Shown here piece after piece: positions 12,430-23,005 of a stretch of DNA of 64,000 nucleotides. The stretch spans positions 768,001-832,000 of the forward strand of contig OZ244720.1 in NCBI GenBank assembly GCA_965219085.1. Reading direction: 5' to 3'. The stretch's first letter is position 1; each line of letters begins with the position of its first letter. The notes under the pieces were generated by a model that was not told the origin of the DNA, made no database searches, and worked only from the letters and a program-made list of their open reading frames with translations. The stretch is from Dehalococcoidia bacterium. GTDB taxonomy: Bacteria > Chloroflexota > Dehalococcoidia > UBA2979. Made by a program: the position numbers and the translations under genes.

Positions 12430-12868
12430 CGGCGCTCTGTGTCATCCCTGGACCGTATGGAGTGACCGGCCCCGAGTTCGCAAACTCGCGGGTCATAGAC
12501 GCGAGGGAGCCGCTCCTCTTCCCGCATGCGTGTCTGCATCGTCACGGCCCGATCCCGCCGCAAACAAGTGCCAGATGCCCTGGACGCTCGGGGCATTTGC
12601 CCTGTCAAGCGACAGCGGGTGCCTCCGAGTGGCGCGAGGACGCCGCTTACTACATGTCGTCGCGGCCAGCCTCGCAGGGTCGGGTGCCCTCGATGATCGG
12701 GCCGTGTCTGCGGCACGCCGCCAGTTGCTCAACTCCTGCAGCGAGCGGAGGTGTCCTACGGTGCGTCAGTCGTCCGGGCCGGAGCGGTAAGGTGATGGCG
12801 GCGTGGCCGGCGGCGACCCGACTCGCCACGTCAACTCGGGCATGCGCCCGTCGATCGTTCCGCCCTGG

Positions 12869-12985
12869 CTACGCACCGTCCTCGACGTAGTCGTCCAGCA
12901 GTCCGTTCCGTGCGGCCCAGAGCCCAGCTCCTGCATCGATCCGACCGCCAGCTTCGCTCGAATGCCGTACACGGCGTTCCGAGAT
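12869..12985 (-). pseudogene. 3' remnant of a second NarL/LuxR response regulator
   Basis: RNAVYGIRAKLAVGSMQEL, frameshift, then LWAARNGLLDDYVEDGA*. This parallels RNAIYVIQEKLGVTSMQRLVLWTARNGLLDDY at the end of 14480..15154. Confidence 0.75.
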
Positions 12986-13016
12986 GCGTTTGTCCGGTGA
13001 CACTCTCGTCTTCTTA

Positions 13017-14264
13017 TTAGCCCCGCTCCCGCGGAATCACGCACGTCACGGTCGCGCCGCCCATGGCGCCCCTCGGTTCGACGACAAGACGGCCTCCCAA
13101 TCGCTGAGCGGTCCCGTCCATGTTCTCGAAGCCGCGACCGTGCCGCGCATAGTCGGTGGGTAGCCCTACTCCGTCATCCAACACCGATAGCCGCACCTCA
13201 TCCTTCCCACATGCCAGGTGGATCGCCACCCTGCTCGCTTCGGCATGGCGGTAGGCGTTGGTGAGCGCGTTGTGCGCGATCGAGAAGAGCAGGCCCCTGG
13301 TCTCGGTCGAGAGGGGCGGCTCGACTCCGGTCTGAGTCAGCTCGCAGGGCACAGAGGTGACGTTGGTGAAACTGGTGGCGTGGGATCTGAGAGCGGAGCT
13401 CAACGCGCGGCCCTCGTAGATGCCGCCCATGTGGATGGGGTGTCTCAACTCCCAGATGGCGGAGCGGGACAGCCGGGAGGTCGCCTCCAGGGTGGCGGCC
13501 AGCTCCAGGTTGGCGTCCCCGGCCTGCGCCTTCGCGGTGTCGATGCCGAGCCCGATCATGTACGCCGATTGCGCCGTGGTGTCGTGGATCATCTGGGAGA
13601 ACTCGACCCGCTCACGCTGCAGGTCGCGCTCGCGCTCCACGGCCTGCCTCCACCTCGCTCGCTCGAACCTGGCGATGATGTTGACAATCGCGGCCACCGC
13701 ATACATGACGAGAATCCGGGCGAACAGGGCCCTCTCCTCCGTCGCAGCAGTGTCGATGCCGTCCCCAACGGTCAGGCTGATGGCCAGATAGAGAACGGCC
13801 ACAAAGGTCGCGCAGGCCATAGTGAGCCGAAAGGAAGTGAGAACCACCGCGTACCCGGCAAGCTGAGGGTAGTACAGCAGGTACAAGAACTGATGACTGA
13901 ATCCTCCGCCTATTGCGATAGCGCGCGAGAGTATGAGTACATCCAGCGTTGCATTCGCGAGAATCCAACCCCGTGTCACGGCCTGCTTCGTCGCCAGCCG
14001 GTAGTGCGTGTATCCGTTGAGCCCTATCAGCAACAAGAGCCCCGGCAGATACAGCGTGTAGGTCTCCAGCCAATCCACCGGTCGGTACACCCACAGCACG
14101 AGACCGAAGCCGACGATGAACCAGCGTGCCCAGACGAACGTCCTCGTGATGAGTCCTAAACCGTCCGGGTCGCCGTCGCCGCGCTCCCAATCGGTCATGC
14201 CAAGGACATTTGCCGCCGTGGTGACCAGGTGGACACCCCGGCTGTAGTGGGATCCTTGAGCCAT
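13017..14264 (-). CDS. Membrane sensor histidine kinase (HisKA_3 / NarX-type)
   Basis: Several hydrophobic helices, H-box SQMIHDTTAQ, N-box NALTNAYRHA, DDGVG and GRGFENM. Start set at ATG 14264 after a purine-rich RBS; the ORF is open to 14336. Confidence 0.9.
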   Translation of the reverse strand: MAQGSHYSRGVHLVTTAANVLGMTDWERGDGDPDGLGLITRTFVWARWFIVGFGLVLWVYRPVDWLETYTLYLPGLLLLIGLNGYTHYRLATKQAVTRGWILANATLDVLILSRAIAIGGGFSHQFLYLLYYPQLAGYAVVLTSFRLTMACATFVAVLYLAISLTVGDGIDTAATEERALFARILVMYAVAAIVNIIARFERARWRQAVERERDLQRERVEFSQMIHDTTAQSAYMIGLGIDTAKAQAGDANLELAATLEATSRLSRSAIWELRHPIHMGGIYEGRALSSALRSHATSFTNVTSVPCELTQTGVEPPLSTETRGLLFSIAHNALTNAYRHAEASRVAIHLACGKDEVRLSVLDDGVGLPTDYARHGRGFENMDGTAQRLGGRLVVEPRGAMGGATVTCVIPRERG

Positions 14265-14479
14265 CTCCCCTCCCGAACAGCGCTGAGCCTCAGGGGGTGC
14301 CGTCATGGGGGACGTGCCCAGGCCCACCGTCCCCAACTCAGCCGATGCTGCCTCCTACAAGAAGGGAGTGCCCGTTCCAACCGGGCAAGAGTACCTGGGG
14401 TAGATTCATGACGCCGCCGGCGCAGCGATCGATCGGCTCACGGGCGGGTGAGGAAGACAAGGCCGGGGAGCGCATCGCC

Positions 14480-15154
14480 CTAACCCTCCGGGTCATAGTC
14501 ATCCAGCAGCCCGTTCCGCGCTGTCCAGAGCACGAGGCGCTGCATGGACGTAACCCCCAGCTTTTCCTGGATGACGTAGATGGCGTTTCGAACGGTGACC
14601 GGCTTGATACCCCTCCGTTCCGCTATCCGGGCGTACGACATGCCCCCTGCGAAGGAGACGAGTATCTCCCGCTCCCTCGCAGTCAGCCCGGCGGCGTCGG
14701 CCGCATCTCCCACGTCGGCGGCAGCGCGGACCGACGCGAACACGCCCCGCACAACCTCAGGGGGCAAGCGAAACTCTCCCCGATACACGCCTCGCAGCGT
14801 CGACAGAAGCTGTTCCCGGTCGGTTTCCTTCTGAAGGTACCCGGTCGCCCCGGCGGCCACCGCCTCCAGCACAGCCGTTTCCTCGTCCGCGACCGTCAGC
14901 ATGACTACACGCGTCTCGGGGGCGGACTCCATGATCTCCCGGCAAGCTTCCACTCCGTCTTTTCTCGGCATCATGACGTCCATCACCACTACGTCCGGAG
15001 ACACCTCGGCAGCCACTCTGACTGCCTCCTCGCCGTCCCCCGCCTGTCCCACCACCTCGAACTCGCCGGACTGTTCCAGGACGAGTTTCAGCCCCTCCCT
15101 CACGATGGAGTGGTCGTCTACCACCATCACCTTGATGCGCCCGTCCGCTGTCAT
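14480..15154 (-). CDS. NarL/LuxR-family response regulator
   Basis: IKVMVVDDHSIVREGL, DVVVMDVMMP..DG, GYLQK, and C-terminal LTAREREIL HTH. Confidence 0.95.
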   Translation of the reverse strand: MTADGRIKVMVVDDHSIVREGLKLVLEQSGEFEVVGQAGDGEEAVRVAAEVSPDVVVMDVMMPRKDGVEACREIMESAPETRVVMLTVADEETAVLEAVAAGATGYLQKETDREQLLSTLRGVYRGEFRLPPEVVRGVFASVRAAADVGDAADAAGLTAREREILVSFAGGMSYARIAERRGIKPVTVRNAIYVIQEKLGVTSMQRLVLWTARNGLLDDYDPEG

Positions 15155-15339
15155 CCCGGCTTCCTCTCAGCCGAACTCCGGCAGGGTCACGCAACCGACC
15201 ATTGCGCTACCCGGATGGTGACCTCCGCGATCGTCTCCCTTTCGACCGTGAGCTTGCGAAGCGCTTTGGTGGTCCACAGGCCGGGTTCCTAGGCGCCCCA
15301 GCCAAGCTAGCCAGCCGGTGCTGCCTCCGCAACAGCACG

Positions 15340-15750
15340 AACCCTACCCCGACGGCTGCACGCGCGGCGAGGCGGTCTTCGACCCGGAGACCGAGCACTG
15401 CTCGTGCAGGTACCGCCGCTCCCCGAGGAGCGGCTCTACCCGAAGGAGCAGGCGCTGGTCGACCTCGTCGCCGCCGAGCGGCTCCAGGGCCGCCGGGTGC
15501 TCGTCTACGCCACCCACACCGGACGCGCGACATCACCGGTCGGATGGAGGAGTTCCTCGGCCGCCACGGCTTCAGGGTCGCGGTGATGAAGGCCGACGCC
15601 GTGCCGCCGGGGCGCCGCGAGGCGTGGGTGGCGCAGCGGGTCGAGGAGGGCGTCGACGTGCTCATCTGCCACTCCCGGCTGGTGCAGACGGACCTCGACT
15701 TAGTCGACTTCCCGACGATCGTCTGGTTCGAGACGGAGGTCTCGGTTTTC
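15340..15750 (+). pseudogene. Frameshifted internal fragment of an SF2/SNF2-like helicase C-terminal domain (mobile-element type)
   Basis: Three frames join as YPDGCTRGEAVFDPET / VQVPPLPEERLYPKEQALVDLVAAERLQGRRVLVYATHTG / RDITGRMEEFL...VDVLICHSRLVQTDLDLVDFPTIVWFET. Confidence 0.7.
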
Positions 15751-16100
15751 CAATCCACACCAAACACTGCGCTACTCCTGGGCCGTGGCCTTGCCTCCGA
15801 GAGGCGAGTAGAGCGGTTTGCAGACCTGGAGGCGGGCGTTCTGACGGCCACAGCTCGAAACGGCGTCCCCACGACGAACGTCGCCGTGCGGACGCGACCG
15901 TGCTCCGCGCGTGGGCGTGCAGAAGTTCCAGATCTCGTCGAGGTCCGCGCCCGTGTCTAAGGGCCTCACCGTTCCAGTACTGCTGGGCGCGCCGTAGGTC
16001 ATGCCACTCGTCCAGTGGGCTGACCACTCCTGTGCTTCCCTCGGCAGCCCCTTCGGCGGCCTGTCCGGACCCAGAGCCTCGAATGACGAGCCTCCGAGCA

Positions 16101-19100
16101 CTACCTGCCAGAGTCTCTTGCACTGCCGATCCACACCGCGATCCATTGGTCGACGAGCGATACGACCCGCGCATTCACCGGCGGGTTGGCCCCGAGCAAC
16201 CGATCGATCTCAGTTCTGCACTCCCAGAGTGCCGTTGTCATCTCTCGCCCGCGGTGCAGAGTGGCGAGCAACGCCGGGACGATGAGCGACTCGGTCGGAG
16301 GGTGTCGAAGCCCGATCGCTGCGATCAGCGTCGATACGACTCGAACCGCAGACTCCAAAGAGCACTCGGGACCCTCGAGGGTTGCGATCAGCGCTCGGGA
16401 CGCGTCGTCCGTCATGTAACCGTTGGCCTCGAGCAGGCGATGGATGTCCGCTGGCTCGACCCGCACGAACCGGTAGTGCATCTGAGCGATGCGAGCGACG
16501 AACGCCGAGTACTGCTCGTCCGTCAGTTCTCCCGATCGGCGCAACTCTCGCAGCACCGCCTGTGTGTTCACAGCCTTGGTGCCGAACACGCTGGCAAGGG
16601 TGGCTAGTCCAAGGTCGTCCGAGACGAGAAGCGGCCGACCGCGCGGGTCTTCGCCGCCCGCGAAGATCGCAGCTACGCCGGTGTCCCCAAGAGCGTCCTT
16701 AAACACTTCGAGGGTGTCCGGCTCGGCATCAAGGACGGGGTACGAAGGGACGGCAGCGAACGACTCGGCGAGTTCCAGGAGCGATCGGGCAAACCCTGCA
16801 TGCTCGGCCCACTCATCATCGGATAGTTCCACCCACGAGTACGAACCGTCGAGGTTCTTCCCCATGTGCCCTTGGGGCCGCTTTGGCAAGGTCGTCTCGT
16901 AGACCAGTTGCCGCAGTTCGTCGAGTACGGCCTGAGGCACGCTGATGCGGCGGAAACGACGACGGAGGTGCTCTACGAGCCCGAGCTCATGGATGGTGAG
17001 CAACGCCAGCATGTCCAGCACGATGTCGTCGGACTCGCAGAGCGCGTTCCTCGCCCGGTCTGTCTCGGCCTCGGCGCCGGCCCCGAACCGGATGCGAAGT
17101 CCCTCGCCCGCAGTGCACGCTTGCCACACCTCCGGCGCCGGGCGGTCGAGATAGGCGCAGAGGAATGCGAACGGTACCTGATCGTCGCGGTACAGCCTCT
17201 GGAGTTCGCGGGCGAACCGATCACGGTCATCGACGACCTTGAAGATGCTGGTCATGTCATCCGGGGCCACCGCGACGCTCGTGATGTCGGTATTTCCGGG
17301 AAACCGCTCTGGGAACTGGGAGGTGGTCTCCTGAAAGGCGCGGACATACTTGCTCTGGACGTCGACGACCGCAACGGACAGCTCGCCGACGCCCTCCTGG
17401 AGCGGGACCACATCGCCGCGACGATGGCCCCGTAGCGCCACGGCAAGGTCTTCGCCCGACCGCAAGTCATGGTCCGAGAGGCGCTCCTCGCCCTCCTCAA
17501 GGATGAGCCACCACTCTTCGCGGGAGTCCCGCCGGAGCAGCACGGCGCATCCGGGCTCGACCGTCTCCGGGGTGCCTAACTCGTCCTCCTCGCTCATGAA
17601 CAGACCAAAGTAGCCGAGGTGTACTGATGCGTCGCTGATCCCATAGCGTCTTGCCGCGTAAGCCTCCTCCAAGTACTCGGACTCGCCGAGGAGCCGCTTG
17701 AGTTGAGCCAGCCCGAGAAGATCCCGTGGCTCGTCGCGGAGTTCCGAGGCGTCGATGTCTCGGACGGTCGCCAGCGCCCTCTCTCGGTCGCCGCACCAGA
17801 GTAAGGAGTAGGCGAGCTTGAGTCGGTCCTGCGGGGTAGCGTCGTCTCGCGAGCAGATGGCGTCCCGGCGCTCCGCCGCAGCGCCCACATCGCCGACGTA
17901 ATTCAGGATCTGCGCCTCCGTGTCCAGCGCGGGCTTCGGGGGGTGAGGATGCTGCTCGCGCATTGTCCGCGCCCAGTCGAGCGCCTCGCGTAGCCTCTTG
18001 CTGTTCTGAAGATTCCGGAGGAGTTCGAGCGCGCCTGGGTGCAGGACATCGCCGTTCACCACTTGCCCGTACTGGTCCGCCGCGTTGGAGTACTGCTCCT
18101 GCTGGCTGTAGAAGGCGGCCAACCCCAGCCCGAACTTGTTGCGATCGGACTCACCCGACCGCTCGATCGCTCGCAGGAACGAGGTCTCGGCGGCGGCACC
18201 CTCACCGCGAAACGCATGGCGCCGGGCGGCAAGATACAGGAGTCTCGGGTCTTGGGGACGCCGTTGCAACGCCTCATCGAGAAGCGGTCCGACGGAGTCC
18301 TGGCTCCCGAGGGCGTACTCGGCCTCGCCGAGCAGCTCGGCTTTGCCGATGTCATCCCATTCGCGCCGATCGAGCGAGAAGCTGCCGCGGAGGAGCGCCA
18401 CCGCCCCCGGCCGGTCGCCCGACCCGAGGGTGGATGCGGCATGAGGCACGAGAGCCCTCGCCCGAGTGTCGGGATCCTCAATAGAGTCGAACGTGGTGCG
18501 CGCCCCGGGGAAGTCGTCTGTCTCAAGCAAGATCAGGCCCTTGTTGTAGAGGCCCGCGGAGTCGCCCGGACGTCTCCGCAGGACGGCCTCAACGTCGGCC
18601 ATGGCCCCCGTGGTGTCTCCAACGTACAACCGAGCCCCAGCCCGGATGCTCAGGGCGTGCAGGACGCGCGCTTCCAGATCCGTGCTCTCCAGCAACGCGA
18701 GCGCCTTGGCGGCGCACGTCTCGGCCTCACGACACTCGACGATGGGCTGATCGGCGAAGCCAGCCTGCACCGCGAGCATCTGGCACTCGGCAAGCACGAT
18801 GTGCGTTTCGGGATCGTCCGCGTCGTCGTCGACAAGCCAGCGGGCGAACTCGACCGCCTCGCCGAAGCGCTGCTGCTCGGCCCGAATCCGGGCAAGCGCG
18901 AGGACGCATCGCGGATCATCCGCGATCCACGCCTCAGCGGCGACGAACTCCTCCATCTGATCGGCCTCGCCGGCTTTCCAGAGCGCCCCTAGCAGCACGG
19001 CCGCCGCGTGCGAATCCCGGGGCTCCAGGTCGAGCGAGCGGCGCGCCAACTCCACTGCGCGGCGCGGGTCGCCACGAAGCCCAGCCGCCACCGCGGCGTT

Positions 19101-19385
19101 CGCCAACGCCGCCGCGTCGTCGGGTCGCAAGCGGTAGGCTTCCTCGAGGTAGGCGCAGCCTTCCTCGATCGCTTCAGCGGCGAGGGCGCAGGAGCCGAGC
19201 AGCGTGAGCAGGCGGTACTGAATGTCGTCAGGGAGGTCCTCGGCCGTGCGCCTGACGAGGTCGAGGATTGCATGCGCTGCGGTTACCTTGCCGGACTCGA
19301 AGAGGCTGCGCGCTGAGTTGACCTGGACCGAGGCTTCGCCGTGTTGGGAATCCGCAGAGACGTCCTGATCGGCAGGAACGGCCAC
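16101..19385 (-). CDS. TPR - GreA/GreB C-terminal-like - PIN domain protein (putative conflict/defence protein)
   Basis: Long TPR-like helical region; GreA/B-C-like segment GCAVLL...WWLIL...DLAVALRGHRRGDVV...VVDVQSKY; PIN motifs IVLDMLALLT, ISVPQAVLDEL, LVSDDLGL. Start set at GTG 19385; the ORF is open to 19499. Confidence 0.85.
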   Translation of the reverse strand: MAVPADQDVSADSQHGEASVQVNSARSLFESGKVTAAHAILDLVRRTAEDLPDDIQYRLLTLLGSCALAAEAIEEGCAYLEEAYRLRPDDAAALANAAVAAGLRGDPRRAVELARRSLDLEPRDSHAAAVLLGALWKAGEADQMEEFVAAEAWIADDPRCVLALARIRAEQQRFGEAVEFARWLVDDDADDPETHIVLAECQMLAVQAGFADQPIVECREAETCAAKALALLESTDLEARVLHALSIRAGARLYVGDTTGAMADVEAVLRRRPGDSAGLYNKGLILLETDDFPGARTTFDSIEDPDTRARALVPHAASTLGSGDRPGAVALLRGSFSLDRREWDDIGKAELLGEAEYALGSQDSVGPLLDEALQRRPQDPRLLYLAARRHAFRGEGAAAETSFLRAIERSGESDRNKFGLGLAAFYSQQEQYSNAADQYGQVVNGDVLHPGALELLRNLQNSKRLREALDWARTMREQHPHPPKPALDTEAQILNYVGDVGAAAERRDAICSRDDATPQDRLKLAYSLLWCGDRERALATVRDIDASELRDEPRDLLGLAQLKRLLGESEYLEEAYAARRYGISDASVHLGYFGLFMSEEDELGTPETVEPGCAVLLRRDSREEWWLILEEGEERLSDHDLRSGEDLAVALRGHRRGDVVPLQEGVGELSVAVVDVQSKYVRAFQETTSQFPERFPGNTDITSVAVAPDDMTSIFKVVDDRDRFARELQRLYRDDQVPFAFLCAYLDRPAPEVWQACTAGEGLRIRFGAGAEAETDRARNALCESDDIVLDMLALLTIHELGLVEHLRRRFRRISVPQAVLDELRQLVYETTLPKRPQGHMGKNLDGSYSWVELSDDEWAEHAGFARSLLELAESFAAVPSYPVLDAEPDTLEVFKDALGDTGVAAIFAGGEDPRGRPLLVSDDLGLATLASVFGTKAVNTQAVLRELRRSGELTDEQYSAFVARIAQMHYRFVRVEPADIHRLLEANGYMTDDASRALIATLEGPECSLESAVRVVSTLIAAIGLRHPPTESLIVPALLATLHRGREMTTALWECRTEIDRLLGANPPVNARVVSLVDQWIAVWIGSARDSGR

Positions 19386-19795
19386 TGTTGCGGCGCCAGC
19401 CGACCTGAGCTCCCGTCGCTCAGTGCCGCCACAGCCCGAGCGTGAGCAGGCGGCGCAGGAAGCGCCAGCAGTGCGCGCGCACCAGCCCCCGGCGCGCACG
19501 GCGCAGCGACCGCTCGCGGCGCTGCCGCTCCTCCCCGAGCCTGGACTCGTCCCAGGGGTAGGTGTCCGGCGGCAGGGTCAGTTCGTAATCGCCGACGAGG
19601 ACCAGCTCGAGCTCGCACATGCGCACCCAGGCGCGGGCCCGCTCCACGCCGCTCGCCCCCCTGTCGAGGTGCGCGATGCGCTGTCGCCGCCACTCCACGA
19701 TGACGGGCGCGGCCTCGCCGTAGACGAACTTGGGAATGACAACTCCATTTGGCCCCACCGTGATGATGAGTTCTGGCCCCACCCGGCGGTCGTGA

Positions 19796-20569
19796 TCAGG
19801 TCGTAGCTGCACCTCCCCTCGTGACGCGCAGGCGGTAGGACTCGCTGCCGGTCTCGATGATGTGGGCGCGGAAGGTGAGCCGGTCGACGACGGCGGCGGC
19901 GAGCCGGGGGTCGGCGAAGGTCTCGCCCCACTCCGAGAACGGGGCGTTGGAGGCGACCGCCACCGACGCCCGCTCCTCGCGCTCGGTGAGGACCTGGAAG
20001 AGCAACTCGGCGCCGCGCCGGTCGAGCTGCAGGTAGCCGAGCTCGTCGAGGCAGAGCAGATCGAGCCGGCCGTAGCGGGCGACCACGCGCGAGAGCATGC
20101 GCTCGTCGGCGGCCTCGGCCAGCTCGTTCACGAGCTGTGCCGCCGTCGTGTAGCGCACGCGCAGCCCGCGCTGGCAGGCGGCCATGCCGAGGCCGATCAG
20201 CAGGTGCGACTTGCCGGTACCGCTGTCGCCGAGCAGCACCACAGGCTCGCCCCGTTCGACCCACTCGCAGCGCTCGAGGGAGGCGAGCAGCGCCGGGGCG
20301 ACGCTGGGCGCCGCCGCCAGGTCGAAGTCGGCGAGGTGCTTGAGCCTCGGGAAGCGCGCCTCGTGGACGCGGCGCTCGCGGCGGCGCGCGTCGCGGTCGT
20401 CGAGCTCGGCCTGGAGCAGCTCGGCGAGGTAGGCGAGGTGGCTGAGGCGGTCGCGCAGCGCGGCCTCGGCGAGGGAGCCGGCCTGCTCGCGCACGGTCGG
20501 GAGGCGCAGCGCGCGACTGGTCGCTTCGACCGTCAGTGCCGCCGCCTGCTCGGTCACCGGCGCGCTCAT
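19796..20569 (-). CDS. istB: IS21 helper ATPase IstB
   Basis: GDSGTGKSHL (Walker A), LLCLDELGY (Walker B), AAVVDRLTFRAHII; ATGA overlap with istA. Confidence 0.95.
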   Translation of the reverse strand: MSAPVTEQAAALTVEATSRALRLPTVREQAGSLAEAALRDRLSHLAYLAELLQAELDDRDARRRERRVHEARFPRLKHLADFDLAAAPSVAPALLASLERCEWVERGEPVVLLGDSGTGKSHLLIGLGMAACQRGLRVRYTTAAQLVNELAEAADERMLSRVVARYGRLDLLCLDELGYLQLDRRGAELLFQVLTEREERASVAVASNAPFSEWGETFADPRLAAAVVDRLTFRAHIIETGSESYRLRVTRGGAATT

Positions 20570-22095
20570 CGCGCACTCCCGGCGAGCAGCGCGTCGTAGC
20601 CGGCCAGGCTCGGGGCCGGGCGGTCGAAGCGCCTGAGCGCCGGCCGCTCCACGACGGCGGTCGCGCGCCGACCGTCGGCGATGCGCCGCGCCTCGATGGC
20701 GACCAGCGCCGGGTCCACCGCGCCCACTCGCTCGACCGCGTCGAGCGCGGCGTGCACGGCGACAAAGGGGAGGCGGCGATGCAGGAGCAGTACCTCGACG
20801 AGCACGCGCGTCCCCTCGCGGTCGCCGAGCTTGCGGCGGGCGCGCTGCCAGAAGCGCTCGTGCGCGGCGGTGAAGCCTCCGTCCGCCCGGGCCTGAGCGA
20901 GCGCAACCGAGCCGGGCAGCGCGCCGGGCTTGCGCGACAGCACTTCGAGGTAGTGGTCGAGCACGAGCACCTCGGCGCCCTTGCGCGCGCTGCGCTCGTG
21001 GCGGGCGACCTCGCGGCCCTCGGCGTGCACGGTGAGCGCCGCGCCGCCGAGGCGCACCTCCACCGTGCGGCCGGCGTAGGCCGCGGGGACCGAGTAGCGC
21101 GAGCCGCGCACCGCGATGCGCGCCTTGCGGTCGGCCTTCGCCCGCAGCGCGACCGTAGGGTCGTACGGCTCGGTGGGGAGGGGCCTGAGCGCGGACCGCT
21201 CGGCCTCCGCCGCCTGGCCGACGGTGGCGAGGCGGCCGGCGATGTGGCGGGCGTCGTCTGTGCGGTCGGCTGCCTCGAGTTGCGCGTTCAGCTCGGCGAG
21301 GCTCTCCACGCGCGGGACCGGCACGAGGTGGCGGCGGCGGAAGCGGCCGACCTCGCCCTCCACGCCGCCCTTCTCGTGCGCGCCCCCGGCGCCGGGCTCG
21401 CAGAAGAAGGCGTCGAAGCCGTAGTGCGAGCGCAGCGCGGTGAAGCGGTCGCTCTCGACGCGGTCGCGCCCGGCGAGCACGCGCACCACGGCCGCTTTGA
21501 GGTTGTCGTAGCGGACCCGCCGCGGCACCCCGCCGAGGCGCTCGAAGGCGACCGCGTGGCCCTCGAGGAACGCCTCCTGGCCCTCGCCCGCGAAACAGAC
21601 GTGGACCGCCCGCCCCGAGTGCGAGAGCCGCATCACGAACATCGAGAGCTCGGTCAGCTCCCCGTCCAGGAAGACGCTCACCCTGCCGAAGTCGGCCTCC
21701 GCCTCCTCGCCCGGAGGATGCAGCTGGGGGATCGTCACCTCGACGCTGCCGGACTCGAGCTCGCGGCGCAGCCGGCCGACGTAGGCGCGCACCGTCGACT
21801 CGGCGACACTCACGCCGCGCTCGTCGACGAGGCGCTGCCAGATCCGCCGCGCGGTGTGGCGCTGCTTGCGCGGCGCGCTCAGGTCGGCGACCAGCCACTC
21901 CCGGATGACCTCCACGTACGGACCGAGCTGCGGCGCCAGGCGGGGCGCCCGCTTGCGCCGCGGCGGCAGCGCCGACCGCAGCGCCTGCCGCACCGTGCGC
22001 CGGTGCACGCGGTGGCGCCGCGCCAGGCCGCGGATGGACACACGCTCCTCGCGCCGGTCTCGTCGGATATGCTCGAACAGCTCCACCCTCGACAA
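20566..22095 (-). CDS. istA: IS21 transposase IstA
   Basis: N-terminal HTH, PGEEAEADFG, YDNLKAAV, HEKGGVE, YSVP. Confidence 0.95.
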   Translation of the reverse strand: MSRVELFEHIRRDRREERVSIRGLARRHRVHRRTVRQALRSALPPRRKRAPRLAPQLGPYVEVIREWLVADLSAPRKQRHTARRIWQRLVDERGVSVAESTVRAYVGRLRRELESGSVEVTIPQLHPPGEEAEADFGRVSVFLDGELTELSMFVMRLSHSGRAVHVCFAGEGQEAFLEGHAVAFERLGGVPRRVRYDNLKAAVVRVLAGRDRVESDRFTALRSHYGFDAFFCEPGAGGAHEKGGVEGEVGRFRRRHLVPVPRVESLAELNAQLEAADRTDDARHIAGRLATVGQAAEAERSALRPLPTEPYDPTVALRAKADRKARIAVRGSRYSVPAAYAGRTVEVRLGGAALTVHAEGREVARHERSARKGAEVLVLDHYLEVLSRKPGALPGSVALAQARADGGFTAAHERFWQRARRKLGDREGTRVLVEVLLLHRRLPFVAVHAALDAVERVGAVDPALVAIEARRIADGRRATAVVERPALRRFDRPAPSLAGYDALLAGSAR

Positions 22096-22799
22096 CTCCT
22101 CGTCCTTCGCTCGGGGATGTGACGTTCACCCGAGCGTAGTCACTGGATCGGTCGGGGGTGGGGCCAGTTCAGACCATCACTGGGCCTCCAGGTGGGGCCA
22201 CTTCAGACTGTCACACCCACGAACTCCTCGCCCGCCTCCGCCTGCAGCGTCACGACCTCGGGGGGGTCCCGGTGGGGCTTCGTGACCCGCTCGCGTCCGA
22301 CTGCCGGCTGCGCGAGGCCCTGCAAGGCGGTTGGAGTCCCGTCGTCGCGGCGCGCTCCGGGTGGCTCCGTCGCCGGTGCGGTCCCGCCGTCCTGTTGCGA
22401 CTCCACCCGCGACAGCCTGCGCTCCCACGCCCGCAGCGCCTCGGCCTGCAGGTCCGCCAGCGTCCGGAACTCGTCGCGCAGCGCCTCGACGGCCTCGTCC
22501 AGTCCCTCCACGTCCTTGTCGAGCATCTCCGTGCGGCGCTCGAGTGCGTCCAGGCGGCTGCGCCGCCGGGCCGCCTCCGGGTTGGCGCCCCGCCGTTCCA
22601 GCGCCTCCGTGACCAGCGGGGTCAGGCGACCTTGGTCGAGCACGCGCCACAGCGCCTTGCGGTCGATGCCCAGCTGCCTCGCCGCCCCGCCGTGTCCCGC
22701 CTCGTGATGAGGTCGCGCAGGTTCGCCAGCAGGAGCTGCTCGCCCTCCTGTTCAGGGCTCTCGTGTCCGTCCATCGCGCACTCCGCTGTCCCCGGGCCT

Positions 22800-23005
22800 C
22801 GCTTCGGGGCTGCCCCACCTGCCCCATTTCCCGCCCCAACCCCGTGGAACGGGGACTGTACAGGAACTGATCGGCCTGCCCCACCTGTAGGGGCGCTCTT
22901 TCCGTTGGCGCCACTGGGGTTTGCGGGGACGACTGCCCCATCGTCACCAACGTCTATTCTCTGTACAGCCCGCTGACATGGAAACCCGCCCCAGGCATGG
23001 GGCAC
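22800..23005. promoter_or_regulatory. Diverged copy 1 of a conserved non-coding element, with five TGCCCCA words
   Basis: Core CCTGTAGGGGC...CGGGGAC...ACGTCT...CTGTACA at 22884-22967. TGCCCCA at 22811, 22820, 22877, 22934 and inverted at 22998. Confidence 0.55.

Larger units (their letters stand above)
19731..22219 (-). mobile_element. IS21-family insertion sequence, apparently intact (2489 bp)
   Basis: Ends TGGGAATGACA...TGGCCCCACC and GGTGGGGCCA...TGTCACACCCA with internal repeats of the same word; 6-bp target duplication CGAACT at 19725-19730 and 22220-22225; istA-istB pair. Confidence 0.95.
19420..22774 (-). pseudogene. HTH / coiled-coil protein gene split by IS21 (also frameshifted near 22690)
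   Basis: Removing the IS and one target duplication rejoins ...QAEAGEEFV|YGEAAPVIVEW.... The N-part has AARQLGIDRKALWRVL (HTH-like). ATG 22774 follows GGAG. Confidence 0.8.

Noticed and set aside
15772-16100. Possible degraded HEPN-like piece (WHDLRRAQQYWNGEALRHGRG)
   Set aside because: Too short and frame-ambiguous to support by eye.
20570-22129. 777-aa ORF suggesting a long IstB fusion
   Set aside because: Only the last 257 aa are IstB; the rest is an alternate frame of istA.
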